Below, piece after piece: positions 36,645 to 48,671 of a DNA stretch of 64,000 bases. The notes under the pieces were generated by a model, which saw only the letters and a list, made by a program, of their open reading frames with translations, searched no databases and was not told the origin of the DNA. The translations under genes and the position numbers were made by a program. Numbering within the stretch: position 1 is the first letter of the stretch; the number at the start of each line of letters is the position of its first letter. The stretch is from an uncultured Holophaga sp. (GTDB taxonomy: Bacteria > Acidobacteriota > Holophagae > Holophagales > Holophagaceae): contig OY761614.1 in the NCBI GenBank assembly GCA_963664825.1, forward strand, positions 2,560,001 to 2,624,000. The letters are read 5' to 3'.

Positions 36645-38063
36645 CTAATAGGTGAGGACCCGCATCGTATTGGTGCCCCCGGCGGTCCAGAGGGGATGGC
36701 CCAGGGTCATCACCACCCGGTCCCCGGGCTGGAGATCGTGTTCGGCCTTCAGGGTCGGTTCGATGGAGGCGATCATTTCCGAGAGGTGCTCGGCCCTGGG
36801 GATGAGCAGGCTGGTGACGCCGCGCAATAGGCCGATGCGCCGGGCATTCCCGAGATCGGTGGTGGCGCCCACCACCGGCACGCTGCCCGCCAGGCGGCTC
36901 ACCATGCGGGCGCTGCCGCCGCCTTCGGTGAAGACGAGCAGGAGTTTGGCCTTGAGCTCTTCGGCCGCCCGGCAGGCCGCGAAGGTCACCGAGACATCCA
37001 TGCGCGCCGCCAGCGGATCCGGAAGGGTGGTGATCCGGCGCTCGGAAGGGGCCGGGGCATGCTCGTCGGCGTCCTCTGCGATGCGCGCCAGCCACTGTAC
37101 GGCCTCCAGGGGATACTTGCCGGCGGCGCTCTCGGCGCTGAGCATCACGGCGTCCGTGCCATCCCAGATGGCGTTGGCGATATCGCTGGCTTCGGCCCGG
37201 GTGGGCTGGGGGCTCTCGATCATGCTCTCCAGCATCTGGGTGGCCGTGATGACGGGCTTGAGGGCCTGGCGGGCCATGCGGATGATCCGCTTCTGCAGGC
37301 TGGGCACCTTCTCCACCCCCAGTTCCACCCCCAGATCTCCCCGGGCCACCATCACGCCCCAGGACACATCTAGGATCTCCTCCAGGTGGTCCAGGGCCTG
37401 GGGGTGTTCGATCTTGGCGATGATGGGCTGGGACCCGCCAAAGGCGCGGATGGTGGCCTGGAGGGCCTGGACGTCGGCGGCGCGGCGGACGAAGCTCTGG
37501 GCGAAGAGGTCCACCCCCTGTTCGATGCCCCACTTGATGTCCTCGAGATCCTTGGGTGTGAGCGGATCGAAGGCCACATCCAGGCCGATGGGGTGGACGC
37601 CCTTCCGGGGCTTAAGCTGGCCGCCCACCTTCACCCGGGCCAGGAGAAGTCCCAATTTCACATCCGTGATCTCCAGGACGATATTGCCATCGTCCAGCAG
37701 CCAGATTTGACCCACGCGCGCGCCCCGGAAGAGCTCGGGGTGGGGCAGGGGCGCGGCCCAGGGTAATCCTTCGGGGGCTGCCCCTTCGGCGGGGTAGAGG
37801 GCGCCGATGCTGCCCTCGACCAGCTCCACCGGGTCCATCTTCCCCACGCGCCACTTGGGCCCCTGGAGATCGAGGAAGATGGGAATGCGCCGTCCCAGGC
37901 CGTCGGCCGTGTCGCGCAGGAGCTTCATACAAGGCGTGCGCTCGGCGGGCGTGCTGTGGCTCGCATTGATGCGGACGGCATCGGCGAGTTCCAAAACTTT
38001 CGCGAGGGGACCGCCATCCAAGAGGGCTGGACCTACCGTGATTACCAGCTTGGTCTTGCGCAT
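36645..38063 (-). CDS. pyk: Pyruvate kinase
   Basis: RKTKLVITVGP, RINASH, DLQGPK, IIAKIE, MVARGDLGVE, ATQMLESM, DGTDAVMLSAESA. Confidence 0.96.
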   Translation of the reverse strand: MRKTKLVITVGPALLDGGPLAKVLELADAVRINASHSTPAERTPCMKLLRDTADGLGRRIPIFLDLQGPKWRVGKMDPVELVEGSIGALYPAEGAAPEGLPWAAPLPHPELFRGARVGQIWLLDDGNIVLEITDVKLGLLLARVKVGGQLKPRKGVHPIGLDVAFDPLTPKDLEDIKWGIEQGVDLFAQSFVRRAADVQALQATIRAFGGSQPIIAKIEHPQALDHLEEILDVSWGVMVARGDLGVELGVEKVPSLQKRIIRMARQALKPVITATQMLESMIESPQPTRAEASDIANAIWDGTDAVMLSAESAAGKYPLEAVQWLARIAEDADEHAPAPSERRITTLPDPLAARMDVSVTFAACRAAEELKAKLLLVFTEGGGSARMVSRLAGSVPVVGATTDLGNARRIGLLRGVTSLLIPRAEHLSEMIASIEPTLKAEHDLQPGDRVVMTLGHPLWTAGGTNTMRVLTY

Positions 38064-38076
38064 CTTTTGCTCCGAT

Positions 38077-38108
38077 CTCTCCACAAGTATTCCACAGGGT
38101 TTTCCACA
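38077..38108 (+). promoter_or_regulatory. Three tandem DnaA-box-like TCCACA motifs
   Basis: ctctccaca (38077), tattccaca (38088), ttttccaca (38100, matches TTWTNCACA). Confidence 0.5.
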
Positions 38109-38199
38109 GGATGGTGGGGATCTGGAAACGAAATGAGGCTTCGCCTCCGATTCTATCGGTGATACCTTCGACCCTCACCTTTATTGGAGTGGATTCGTG

Positions 38200-39488
<1,289 letters not shown>

Positions 39489-39503
39489 GCCCTTCCCTCC
39501 GCC

Positions 39504-39534
39504 CGCAAAACCGGCCTTCGGGCCGGTTTTTGCG
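39504..39534 (+). terminator. Intrinsic terminator after gap
   Basis: cgcaaaa-ccggcc-ttcg-ggccgg-ttttt-gcg. Confidence 0.85.
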
Positions 39535-39643
39535 TACATGGTCCAGGATGGGCCTGGCGTTTTGCCTTGCACGGCCTGGGGAGGTGAATATCCTTGGGCT
39601 CGTTGCCCGCTTCAGACGCCATGCCCTTGGACCGGAGGCCGAT

Positions 39644-41766
39644 ATGCCGGATCATAAAATTCACCTGGGCCGCCACCACGTGCTCCTGGACGCACGTCCG
39701 GATCGCCTGGATCTGAGGGACTTTCCCTACCGTCCCCCGGTGGAGAACCTGCCGCCCGTCTTTCCCAGCGAGGGGCAGATTCGTACGCTCCTGCCGGGAT
39801 ACGCGAAGGCCGGGATGGTCTTGGACCAGGGCTCCGAGGGCGCCTGCACGGGTTTCGGCCTGGCGGCGGTGATCAACTACCTGCAATGGCTCCGCGCCAG
39901 AGATTCCGTGCAGGAGGCCTCCGAGCTCGTGAGCCCCCGCATGCTCTACCATCTGGCCAAGCTCTATGACGAATGGCCCGGCGAGGATTACGAGGGGAGC
40001 AGTTGCCGGGGCGCGCTGCGGGGCTGGCAGCGCCATGGCGTCTGTCTGGAGAAGCTGTGGCCCTATGGGGACGGGACCTTCCAGCGGCCCAAGGCCGGTT
40101 GGGAGATCGATGCCGCCCGTCGCCCCCTGGGGATCTACTACCGGGTCCAGCCCGATTCCGTGGTGGATATGCAAGCGGCCATCCATCAGGCCGGCGCCAT
40201 CTATGTATCTGCCCGTGTCCATGAGGGCTGGGCCAAGCTGGCCAAGGCGAAGCGCAAGGCGGGCCTCCTGCCTTCCCATGACACCCTTCCGGTGATCCAG
40301 GCCTCCTCCCAGGAGCTGGGCGGCCACGCCTTCGCCCTTGTGGGCTACAACGGCCTGGGTTTTGTGGTGCAGAATTCCTGGGGCGAGACCTGGGGTTGGG
40401 GCGGCTTCGGGATCCTGCCCTACGAAGATTGGACAGCCCATGGCCAGGACGCCTGGGTGATGGGCCTCGGCGTCCCCGTTCAACAAGCCTCTTCCCTGGC
40501 GGCCCCGCGCCACTTCGTCTCTCGGGGCTGCCGCACCCCTCGCACAGCGGGCTGGTTTGCCGACAAGCAGGATCCCTTCGCCGGGCAGGGCCGGACCTGG
40601 TCCGAGACCCACGCCTACGGGCATACGCTCGTTACCGGCAACGATGGCGTGATCCTGAACCGGCTGCCCCAGGTGGAAAACGCCCTGGACAACGTGAGGT
40701 TCGTGGCCCTGGAGGAACCCATGGACGCCTGGAAGGGTCTGGCCCCGGGCCCCCGGAAGCTCGTCATCTACGCTCATGGTGGGCTCAACGCCGAGGCCGA
40801 ATCCATTGGGAAGATCCGTGTCCTGGGTCCGGCCTTCGAGGCCAATGGCATCTATCCGCTCTTCGTGACCTGGAAGAGCGGTCCCGGGGAAACCATCCAG
40901 GACATGCTCCAGGACAGCGCCCGGGGCCTCTTCGGCGAGAAGGGGATGCCCACCAAGGGCTTTACGGAATTCCTGAGCGAGGCTTCCGACCGCACTCTTG
41001 AAGTCGCCGCCAGGGGGCTGCTGGTACGCGCGGCCTGGTCGGAGATGAAGGAGAACGTGGCCCGTTCCTCCGAAGAGAGGCACGGGCTCGATGTGCTGGC
41101 CGAGAGGCTTCGGGAGTTGCATGAGGCCACAAAGGGGACCCTGGAGATCCATCTGATGGGGCACTCCGCCGGGTCCTTCGTCTGTGGACGCCTGCTGACC
41201 GAATTCGGGGCCCGGGGCCTCTCGGCCTCCAGCTGCACCCTTTTCGCTCCGGCCTGTGATCTGGGCTTCGCGTTGGAACACTTCCGGGCCGCCGTTTTGG
41301 ACAAGCGGCTCCCCAGGGAGCGCCTGCGGATCCACAATCTCTCCGATGGCCTGGAACGGGCCGACAACGTGGGGAAGGTCTACCGGAAGTCCTTGCTTTA
41401 CCTCGTCAGCCGGCCCTCGAACGCTGGCACAAGACGCCCCTCCTGGGGCTCTCTGCGGCCTTCGATCCCGTTACGGCCGGCGACGGTTTCTGGTCCGACA
41501 AGGCGCTGGGGGACCTGGCGGATTGGCAGGCCTTCTTCTGGGGGAAGGACATTCCCGGGCCTGGCTTCTCCCTTGATGGAGGGACGGGCGTCTTCCAGGG
41601 GCTCCAGATTCTCCGGGAGGCTCAGGTGGATACCGGCGCCGGGCTGATCGCCAGCTCCCACGGGTGTTTCGATAATAGTCTGGCCCACATCGGGCAGAGC
41701 ATCCGGGAAATCCGGGGGGATGGTCGCCTGGAACCCATCGGGCCCCTGGCATTTTTGGGGCGTTAG
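39644..41766 (+). pseudogene. Papain-like C1 peptidase fused to an alpha/beta-hydrolase domain; single frameshift near 41412
   Basis: DQGSEGACTGF, GGHAF, QNSWG; HGGLN, GHSAG. Adding one G at 41412-41413 restores YLVSRALERWHKTPLLGL...SSHGCFDN...* ending at 41766. Confidence 0.78.
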
Positions 41767-41874
41767 GAAGCCCCTCTTCCCCCGGCCAGATGTGGATAGG
41801 CGGGAAGGGGATGGCCAAAGGTGTCTTGCCCCCCTATCATCCAAGCACATCGAAATGGATCAGGGGGGAAGGCC

Positions 41875-44505
41875 TTGAAGCGTGGGAAAAATGGGATGTG
41901 CCTGGTCATCGGGTTCCTTCTGGTGCTCGGCCTGGGCGGCTTCCCCTGCAGGGCCTCATTACCCCGCCACGTGCTTCTCCTGAATTCCTACGATCAGCGC
42001 ATGAGCTGGGTCCAGGACATCACCCGCGCCGTGGAGGATGTCCTGCAGCCGGAGGCGGCCAACACTGTCCTCCATGTCTTCAATATGGATTCCAAGCAGT
42101 ATTATTCGCGCGCCTACTTCGAGAGCCTCTGCCCCCTCTTCCGCGCCAAGTACGGCGGCACGCGCTTCTCCCTGATACTGGCCTCCGATAACAACGCCTT
42201 CGATTTCCTGCGCGCCCATCGGGACGAGCTCTTCCCCGGCGTGCCGGTGGCCTTCTGTGGCCTCAATAATTTTCGGGACGAGGACCTGAAGGGCCTGCAT
42301 GGCTATACGGGCGTGGCGGAGGTCTTCTCCGCTCGGGAGACCGTGGAACTGATCCTGAAGCAGCACCCGGGCACTCGGGAGATCTTCAGCATCAACGACT
42401 ACCTGGAGAGCGGCCGGAAGAGCGCTCGCGAGATCGAAAGCGAACTGGAGCCCCTTCGGGGCAGACTTGGCCTCACTCAAAACGAGGACTCGTCCATGGA
42501 CGGGCTGAAGGCGCGCATCGCGGGTCTTCAGGAGGGCACAGTGGTGCTCCTGGGCGTCTACTATGCCGATCGCGATGGGCGCTCCTTCACCTTCGAGCGG
42601 ATCGGCGCCCTGCTTGCCGAAGCCAGTCGCGTGCCTGTCTACTGTCTAGTGCAGTTCAATATCGGTCAAGGGGTGATCGGCGGGAAGGTGATCAGCGGCT
42701 ACTACCAGGGTCACACCATGGCCCTCCTCGGCCAGCGGATCCTTGCGGGGGAGGACCCTTCCTCCCTTCCCGTGGTCAAGCGGGAAGCCAACCGCTTCAT
42801 CTTCGATTACGCGCAACTCCAGCGCTTCCAGGTGGGGGAGGCGGGTCTGCCGAAGGGCAGCCTCGTCCTCCACCGGCCCGTCTCCCTCTACCAGACGCAC
42901 AAGAAGGAAATCTGGGCCCTGGCTGGCTTCATCTGTGCCCTGCTGGCCATCGTCCTGGGACTGGCCTCCAACCTCGCTCTCCGCAGGCGGACCGAGCGGG
43001 AACTCCGCCGCAGCGAGGCGCGCTTCCGCCAGATGGCGGAGGCCACCTGGGAAGGGATCCTGGTCCATGACCGGGGCATTGCCTTGAGAACGAACGGGGT
43101 TTTCCGGGAGATGTTCGGCTTCAAGACCGAAGGGGAACTGGAGGGGCGGGACCTGGTCCCCCTCATCACAGCCCCCCAGTCCAGTGAACGTGCGCGGCAG
43201 AGGATCACCGATGCGATTCGGGATCCCTACGAACTCATGGGCCGAAGGCAGGATGGGACGGAGTTCCCCCTGGAGGTCCGGGTCCGCAGCATCGATTTTG
43301 CCGGCCGCGAGGTGCGGGTGGTGGCCTTCCGGGATCTCACAGAGCAGAAGCAGCTTGAGGAACAGCTGGCCCAGTCCCAGAAGATGGAGGCCATCGGGAC
43401 GCTCTCTGGAGGCATCGCCCACGATTTCAACAACATCCTATCGGCCATCTTCGGCTATACGGATCTGCTGCTCCTGGACGCGCCCAAGGATTCGGAGCTG
43501 CGCGCCGATCTCGAGCAGATCCTCAAGGCCGCCAACCGGGCCAAGGATCTCGTCCAGCAGATCCTCACCTTCAGCCGCCATGCCAAGCGGGCCGAACAGC
43601 CGCTTCTGGTTTCCAGCATGGTGAAGGAGACGATGAAGATGCTTCGAGCCTCCCTGCCGGCCACCATCGAGATCCAGTGCCATGTCGCCACCGAGGCCCT
43701 GGTGTTGGCTGATCCCACCCAGATCCATCAGGTGGTGATGAATCTCTGCACCAATGCGGCGCTGGCCATGCGTGCCGACGGTGGGCGCCTGGAGATCGCC
43801 CTGGACGAATTGTGCCTGGACGAGGAGGCTCCGGACCTACCTAAGGGCTTGGCTCCGGGCTCGTACCTGCGCTTGACGGTGGCCGACACCGGATGCGGCA
43901 TGAGTCCTGAGCTCCAGCGGCGGATCTTTGAACCCTTCTTCACTACGCGGCCCCAGGGGGAGGGCACGGGGCTGGGGCTCTCCGTGGTGCATGGCATCGT
44001 CAAGGGCCTGGGAGGCGCCATCTCCGTCGAAAGCGAAGCTGGCCATGGCAGCACCTTCCGGGTATTCCTGCCTGCACTACCATCGGATGCGCTGGTCGAA
44101 CAGGCAGAGCAGGCGCCCCTGCCCATGGGCAGAGAGCGCATCCTGTTCGTGGATGACGAAGCCTTCCAGGTGGCTCTGGCCACTCGGATGCTCGGACGGC
44201 TCGGATATCGCGTGACTGCCGAGACGCGCAGCGAGGAAGCGCTGGCAATCTTCCGGAAGGACCCCCTTGCCTTCGACTTGGTGATCACCGATATGACCAT
44301 GCCAAAGATGACAGGAGATGTTCTGGTGGAGTGCTTCCGTGCCATTCGTGCCGAGATTCCCGTGATCATCTGCACGGGTTTCAGCGAGCGCCTCACCCAG
44401 GAGAGGCTCCAGAGCCTCGGCCCGGTGGGCTTTGCGATGAAGCCCCTGAACCTGGAGGAGATCGCCCGGAAGATCCGTTTGGCCCTGGGCAAGGGGACCT
44501 GCTGA
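41875..44505 (+). CDS. Hybrid sensor histidine kinase (periplasmic binding-like domain, PAS, HisKA, HATPase, REC)
   Basis: [56 protein letters not shown]; start uncertain. Confidence 0.92.
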   Translation: MKRGKNGMCLVIGFLLVLGLGGFPCRASLPRHVLLLNSYDQRMSWVQDITRAVEDVLQPEAANTVLHVFNMDSKQYYSRAYFESLCPLFRAKYGGTRFSLILASDNNAFDFLRAHRDELFPGVPVAFCGLNNFRDEDLKGLHGYTGVAEVFSARETVELILKQHPGTREIFSINDYLESGRKSAREIESELEPLRGRLGLTQNEDSSMDGLKARIAGLQEGTVVLLGVYYADRDGRSFTFERIGALLAEASRVPVYCLVQFNIGQGVIGGKVISGYYQGHTMALLGQRILAGEDPSSLPVVKREANRFIFDYAQLQRFQVGEAGLPKGSLVLHRPVSLYQTHKKEIWALAGFICALLAIVLGLASNLALRRRTERELRRSEARFRQMAEATWEGILVHDRGIALRTNGVFREMFGFKTEGELEGRDLVPLITAPQSSERARQRITDAIRDPYELMGRRQDGTEFPLEVRVRSIDFAGREVRVVAFRDLTEQKQLEEQLAQSQKMEAIGTLSGGIAHDFNNILSAIFGYTDLLLLDAPKDSELRADLEQILKAANRAKDLVQQILTFSRHAKRAEQPLLVSSMVKETMKMLRASLPATIEIQCHVATEALVLADPTQIHQVVMNLCTNAALAMRADGGRLEIALDELCLDEEAPDLPKGLAPGSYLRLTVADTGCGMSPELQRRIFEPFFTTRPQGEGTGLGLSVVHGIVKGLGGAISVESEAGHGSTFRVFLPALPSDALVEQAEQAPLPMGRERILFVDDEAFQVALATRMLGRLGYRVTAETRSEEALAIFRKDPLAFDLVITDMTMPKMTGDVLVECFRAIRAEIPVIICTGFSERLTQERLQSLGPVGFAMKPLNLEEIARKIRLALGKGTC

Positions 44506-44545
44506 AACACGGTAGGGGAACCGCGGAACCGGGTGTGCCCCGGGT

Positions 44546-46039
44546 TCAGTTACCACCTTCGAGCCCCGCGCTCAGATGATCCCGCAGGCGATCCAGCCGT
44601 AGGACGGCCTTCGGAACGGCGTGGCCGAGCAGTCCTCCCCCGAGGCCCGCGGCCCCGAGCATCAGGCCCAGCAGGATCTTTTCCCCCAGGAAGGAGCCCG
44701 CAATCCAGGTCAGGACCAGCAGCATCCAGGGCAGGAGCAGACGTCCGAGTTTGGTCAGGTGTTCGTCTCCAAAATCCCCGGGGTTCAATCCCTTGGGGTC
44801 CAGGGGGCGGGGGTATTCGAGGCTGTGGCGGAGCCCGGCGCGAAGCTGGAAACAGGCTAGGGCCACGCAGAAGAGGCAGACGGCCGGGAGCAGGCGCAGG
44901 GGCATGGGCGTGGTGAGGGGCAGGAGGGCGAGGCAGATCAGGATGACCACGGCCTGGTAGGCGGCGGTGCCCGCCACCTTGCCCACTAGCAGATCCCGAT
45001 CCTCCAGGGGCCAGGTCCAGAAGCTCCGGACAGCCTTGCGATCCAGTCCGAAGAGGGTGCAGGCCAGCGCCCCCAGGGGCAGCATCACCCAGCCCACGCA
45101 TCCGATGAGGAAGGCCGGGGCGGGCCTCTGGCGGAAAAGCATGGCGTCCACCTGACAAAAGGGCACCAGGAGCGGTACGAAGAGGAAGAAACGCCCCTGT
45201 TTGCTGGCCCAAAGGCTCTCCCAGCGATGGCGGGCCACGCCGACCCAGGGTCTCTGGAATCGCCAGATCCCGCCCGCCTGAGCGTGGCTCGTGGACCCGT
45301 TGCCCTTCAGCTCCTGGCGCAGGACGAGGAAGGTCAGGGCCAGCAGGGCCGTTGTTCCGAGGCCGGTGCCGACGATAACCCACGGCCAGCTCGGTGTGTG
45401 GGATGATTTGGGAGTCCATTCCGCAAGGCGCTCCAGGTTCAGGCCCAGCGCGCCACTCATCAAGGGCCTTCCCAGGAAGTCTTGGGCTACGGCGTTGATC
45501 ATGAGACGCATCGGGGGCACCAGCGCCACGAAGACCAGGGCCAAACGGAGATGCTGGGTCGCTAAGCGCGTGAGGCGGCCTAGGAGGCGCTCCAGGCACA
45601 CCAGCGATACCAGCAGGCCGACCGCCAGAGGCAGGAGTCCGAGCAGCAGTGGGCGGGCGGCCCCGGCTCCCAGGCTGAAGGCGAGCAGAAGCAGGCCCTG
45701 GGCCAGCTTGAAGGGCGTCATCAGGGAGAGGGCGAGCTCGGCTTCGAAAAGGGAAAGGGGCCGCGCCTGGAAGGGGCGCAAGGGCCGCGTATCCAGGGCG
45801 GGTGTGCCATCCCAGATGGCGGCCAGCAGGGCCAGGACGCAGAGGCCCGCCGCGACGCTTGAACCGACGTTCATTGCGTTCAGGCGCGGCAGCTCATGGG
45901 CAAAGTCCCAGCCCAGGAGGGCCGAGAGCACGGTCGTGGGCAACAAGGCGATGGCCAGCACGATGCGGAGGGCCTTCTTGCCGCCCCGAAATCGTTCCCA
46001 TTCAGCCCAGAGCACGGCTCGCAGCAGATTCACATCCAT
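44546..46039 (-). CDS. Polytopic membrane protein, probable ABC permease
   Basis: 497 aa, many hydrophobic helices, overlaps the ABC ATPase stop. Confidence 0.7.
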   Translation of the reverse strand: MDVNLLRAVLWAEWERFRGGKKALRIVLAIALLPTTVLSALLGWDFAHELPRLNAMNVGSSVAAGLCVLALLAAIWDGTPALDTRPLRPFQARPLSLFEAELALSLMTPFKLAQGLLLLAFSLGAGAARPLLLGLLPLAVGLLVSLVCLERLLGRLTRLATQHLRLALVFVALVPPMRLMINAVAQDFLGRPLMSGALGLNLERLAEWTPKSSHTPSWPWVIVGTGLGTTALLALTFLVLRQELKGNGSTSHAQAGGIWRFQRPWVGVARHRWESLWASKQGRFFLFVPLLVPFCQVDAMLFRQRPAPAFLIGCVGWVMLPLGALACTLFGLDRKAVRSFWTWPLEDRDLLVGKVAGTAAYQAVVILICLALLPLTTPMPLRLLPAVCLFCVALACFQLRAGLRHSLEYPRPLDPKGLNPGDFGDEHLTKLGRLLLPWMLLVLTWIAGSFLGEKILLGLMLGAAGLGGGLLGHAVPKAVLRLDRLRDHLSAGLEGGN

Positions 46040-46764
46040 GAGAGTCTCCCCGATTCCTTGCGTCCCACGAGGCGCAGGAAGAGACCTTCCAGGGTCTCGT
46101 CTCCCTTGAGCAGATCAGAGGCGGGACCCTGGGCCAGGATGCGGCCCTCGTCCACCACCAGGAAGTGATCGCATAGGCGCTCCGCCAGGCCCAGCTGATG
46201 GCTGGTGAGGAGGATTGTTGTACCCCGAGCGTGGAGATCTGTCAGCAGGCCCTGGAGGGCGACGGACGTCACGGGGTCCAGGCCCTCGAAGGGCTCGTCC
46301 AGAAACAGAATCTCTGGGCCGTGCAAGAGCGACGCGGCCAGGGCCGTCTTCTTCTTCATGCCGAAGCTGTATTCGGCGATGGGGGCCGTATTGAAATCCA
46401 TGTCCAGCAGGGCGCCCAGCTCCCGGATGCGGGATTCCAGTTCATCCAAGCCAAGGCCATGGAGCCGCCCCACGAAGCCCAGATACTGCTGGCCCGTGAG
46501 CCCCTCCAGCAGGGCGCCCGCCTCGGGCATGACGCCGATGCGTTGCCGCAGTTCCAGGGAACGTCGGTCCACCTCCAGGCCCGCGACCCTGGCCGAGCCC
46601 GCATCCGGGGAGAGCTGTCCCGTGAGCAGGCGCACCAGGGTCGTCTTGCCCGCCCCGTTGCGCCCCAGCGCGCCCAGGAAGCTGCCCCGGGCCACCTGGA
46701 AGCCCAGGCATTGCAGGGCCCAGTGCTCGCCGAATCGTTTGCCGAGATCCTCGACCTGGATCAT
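46030..46764 (-). CDS. ABC transporter ATP-binding protein
   Basis: GRNGAGKTT, YSFGMKKK, LFLDEPFEGLD, TSH. Confidence 0.93.
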   Translation of the reverse strand: MIQVEDLGKRFGEHWALQCLGFQVARGSFLGALGRNGAGKTTLVRLLTGQLSPDAGSARVAGLEVDRRSLELRQRIGVMPEAGALLEGLTGQQYLGFVGRLHGLGLDELESRIRELGALLDMDFNTAPIAEYSFGMKKKTALAASLLHGPEILFLDEPFEGLDPVTSVALQGLLTDLHARGTTILLTSHQLGLAERLCDHFLVVDEGRILAQGPASDLLKGDETLEGLFLRLVGRKESGRLSWM

Positions 46765-47450
46765 GCCAGCCTCCGAAGGGTCAGAAAGACGAGGCCCCCC
46801 AGGATGCCTCCCGCGTTGCCTGCGAGATGGACAGCGATGGCCGGAAGCAGGCTCCCCCTGCGCTCCCGGATGATTCCCGCCAGCAGGCCCAGGGAGGTGG
46901 TGAAGGCCAGGATGAGGACAGCCGTCCACGCATCGATTCTGAGCACCGTCGGAAGATGCATGGCGCCGAAGGCCAGGGCCCCTGTGAGGGCGGGCACGCT
47001 CACATTTGTGAAGCCGAGCTTCACGCTCCGGGCGCTCGAGGGTTGCAGGAAGCCCTGAAGCCATCCCCGCACGAGGAGTTCCTCGCAGGTGCTGGCGATG
47101 ATGAGGAGCAACGGGATCTGGAAGGGCTTCAGCCCCTTCATCACGCCCTCCATGCCCCTGCCCGGACTCAGCTTGATGGCCAGCGTGGTGGCGGCCCCCA
47201 GCAGCAGGCCGTAGAGCACGAGCTTCCCCCAGGCGCCTTGGGCCTTCTGGAACCCGAAGTCCTTCCAGCGGCCTTCCCCGAAGAGCGCCATGGCTCCCGT
47301 GGAGAGCAGCGCCACGAGGCCATAGGCCAGCATGCTCTTCGTGAAGGAGGGCAGTGCGGCCAGAGGGGCCCAGTACTTCGGCAAGAACAGGGCCCCGAAG
47401 ATGGGGAGGCTGATCAGGAGGCCCAGGGGGATAGTTCGCGGGATCTTCAT
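46761..47450 (-). CDS. CPBP (CAAX/Abi) intramembrane metalloprotease
   Basis: EELLVRG, FGAMH, HLAGN motifs. Confidence 0.88.
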   Translation of the reverse strand: MKIPRTIPLGLLISLPIFGALFLPKYWAPLAALPSFTKSMLAYGLVALLSTGAMALFGEGRWKDFGFQKAQGAWGKLVLYGLLLGAATTLAIKLSPGRGMEGVMKGLKPFQIPLLLIIASTCEELLVRGWLQGFLQPSSARSVKLGFTNVSVPALTGALAFGAMHLPTVLRIDAWTAVLILAFTTSLGLLAGIIRERRGSLLPAIAVHLAGNAGGILGGLVFLTLRRLA

Positions 47451-47518
47451 GGCTTTCCTTTTGGGGTAAGGCTTCGCCAGACCCGGCCGGGCCTCCGCAA
47501 AGACAGATTGTTTCGGGT

Positions 47519-47824
47519 CTATCCGTTCGTATTGGCCGCCATCAATTGCTCCCAGTACTTCGCCAGGGCTTCGCGACCCTGCTTGGTGATGCGAAAGCTC
47601 GTCAGGGGCACCTTGCCGCGGAAGGCCTTCTGCACATCCAGATATCCCGCCGTCTCCAGCTTGGTGGCGTGGCTATTGAGATTGCCCTTGCTGAGGTGCG
47701 TCACCTGTTCCATGAACTTGAATTCCACCGATCCGGCGGAGGCCAGCACCGTGAGGATGGCCAGGCGCGCGGGCTCATGGACCAAGCGGTCCAGCTCCAG
47801 CAGCGTGCGGATGGGATCCTTCAC
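47519..47824 (-). CDS. Winged-helix transcriptional regulator
   Basis: LDRLVHEPARLAILTVL...GNLNSHATKLETAGYL...ITKQGREAL; GTG overlaps the upstream stop. Confidence 0.87.
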   Translation of the reverse strand: MKDPIRTLLELDRLVHEPARLAILTVLASAGSVEFKFMEQVTHLSKGNLNSHATKLETAGYLDVQKAFRGKVPLTSFRITKQGREALAKYWEQLMAANTNG

Positions 47825-48540
47825 GCCATCCCTTCCAGTTCTCGCTTCACGCGGCGGAAGGCGAGATGGTCCCTGAATCCAAGGTACATGGCCGCTGTGC
47901 CGACCAGGGGAAAGGACGCCAGGGTATCGCCGACTGCCATCTGGATGCCGGAGAGCAGGAAGGCGGATCCAAAGAAAAGCAGGATGGCCACGAAGCGTTC
48001 CATCCGCCCCCTCAGGCGCGGGAAGGTGAAGTGCATCCCCAGGGCCAGCAGGATCACGAGGCCAGCCCTGACGAAGCGAGCCGACAGGGGTTCCGCCAGG
48101 ATGAGCACCACCCCCAACAGCATCATTCCCGGGAGGATGAAGCGGCCCAGCGCTCTCCGAAGGCTTTCCTTGCGAGATGCGGCGGAACTTGGATTCTCCA
48201 GTTCCTCCACCAGGCCGAAGCGTTCCGTGGCCCAGCGGCGCAGCCCTCGGCGTGCTCCCAGCCACAGGAAGGGCAGCAGGGTCGTGCCCAGGACCACGGG
48301 GAGGGGCAGGGGGGCGAGGGCTCCGATCCAGGTGAAGTGCCAACCATGGCCGCCCATCTCCACCAGGGCGACCAGCAGCAGGAAGGCGCCCCCCAGCAGG
48401 CTGGAGAGGCCCGCCTGGCCTTGGGAGAGCCGGGCGTATTCCCTGGTGAGCCGGGCCAATCGGGCCACGGAATCAGGGGACAGTGCCGGAAGGGATTCGG
48501 GCACTGGGAGTTCAGGGATACATTGCGTGGTCTCGGACAT
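47821..48540 (-). CDS. Hypothetical membrane protein
   Basis: About 6 hydrophobic segments; translationally coupled to the regulator. Confidence 0.65.
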   Translation of the reverse strand: MSETTQCIPELPVPESLPALSPDSVARLARLTREYARLSQGQAGLSSLLGGAFLLLVALVEMGGHGWHFTWIGALAPLPLPVVLGTTLLPFLWLGARRGLRRWATERFGLVEELENPSSAASRKESLRRALGRFILPGMMLLGVVLILAEPLSARFVRAGLVILLALGMHFTFPRLRGRMERFVAILLFFGSAFLLSGIQMAVGDTLASFPLVGTAAMYLGFRDHLAFRRVKRELEGMA

Positions 48541-48547
48541 GAGGCAA

Positions 48548-48562
48548 GTCTGTATTGCAGAC
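48548..48562. promoter_or_regulatory. Candidate operator for the winged-helix regulator
   Basis: GTCTG-N5-CAGAC inverted repeat immediately upstream of the operon start. Confidence 0.35.
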
Positions 48563-48671
48563 CGGTCTCTGGCAAGTCCGAAAATAATTTTTAGAAACAA
48601 GAATGAACGCCGTTGCACGCAGATGAAAAATCGCCCTGCCTGCGGTCGCTTCGCTTGGATGCAAGGGGAGA

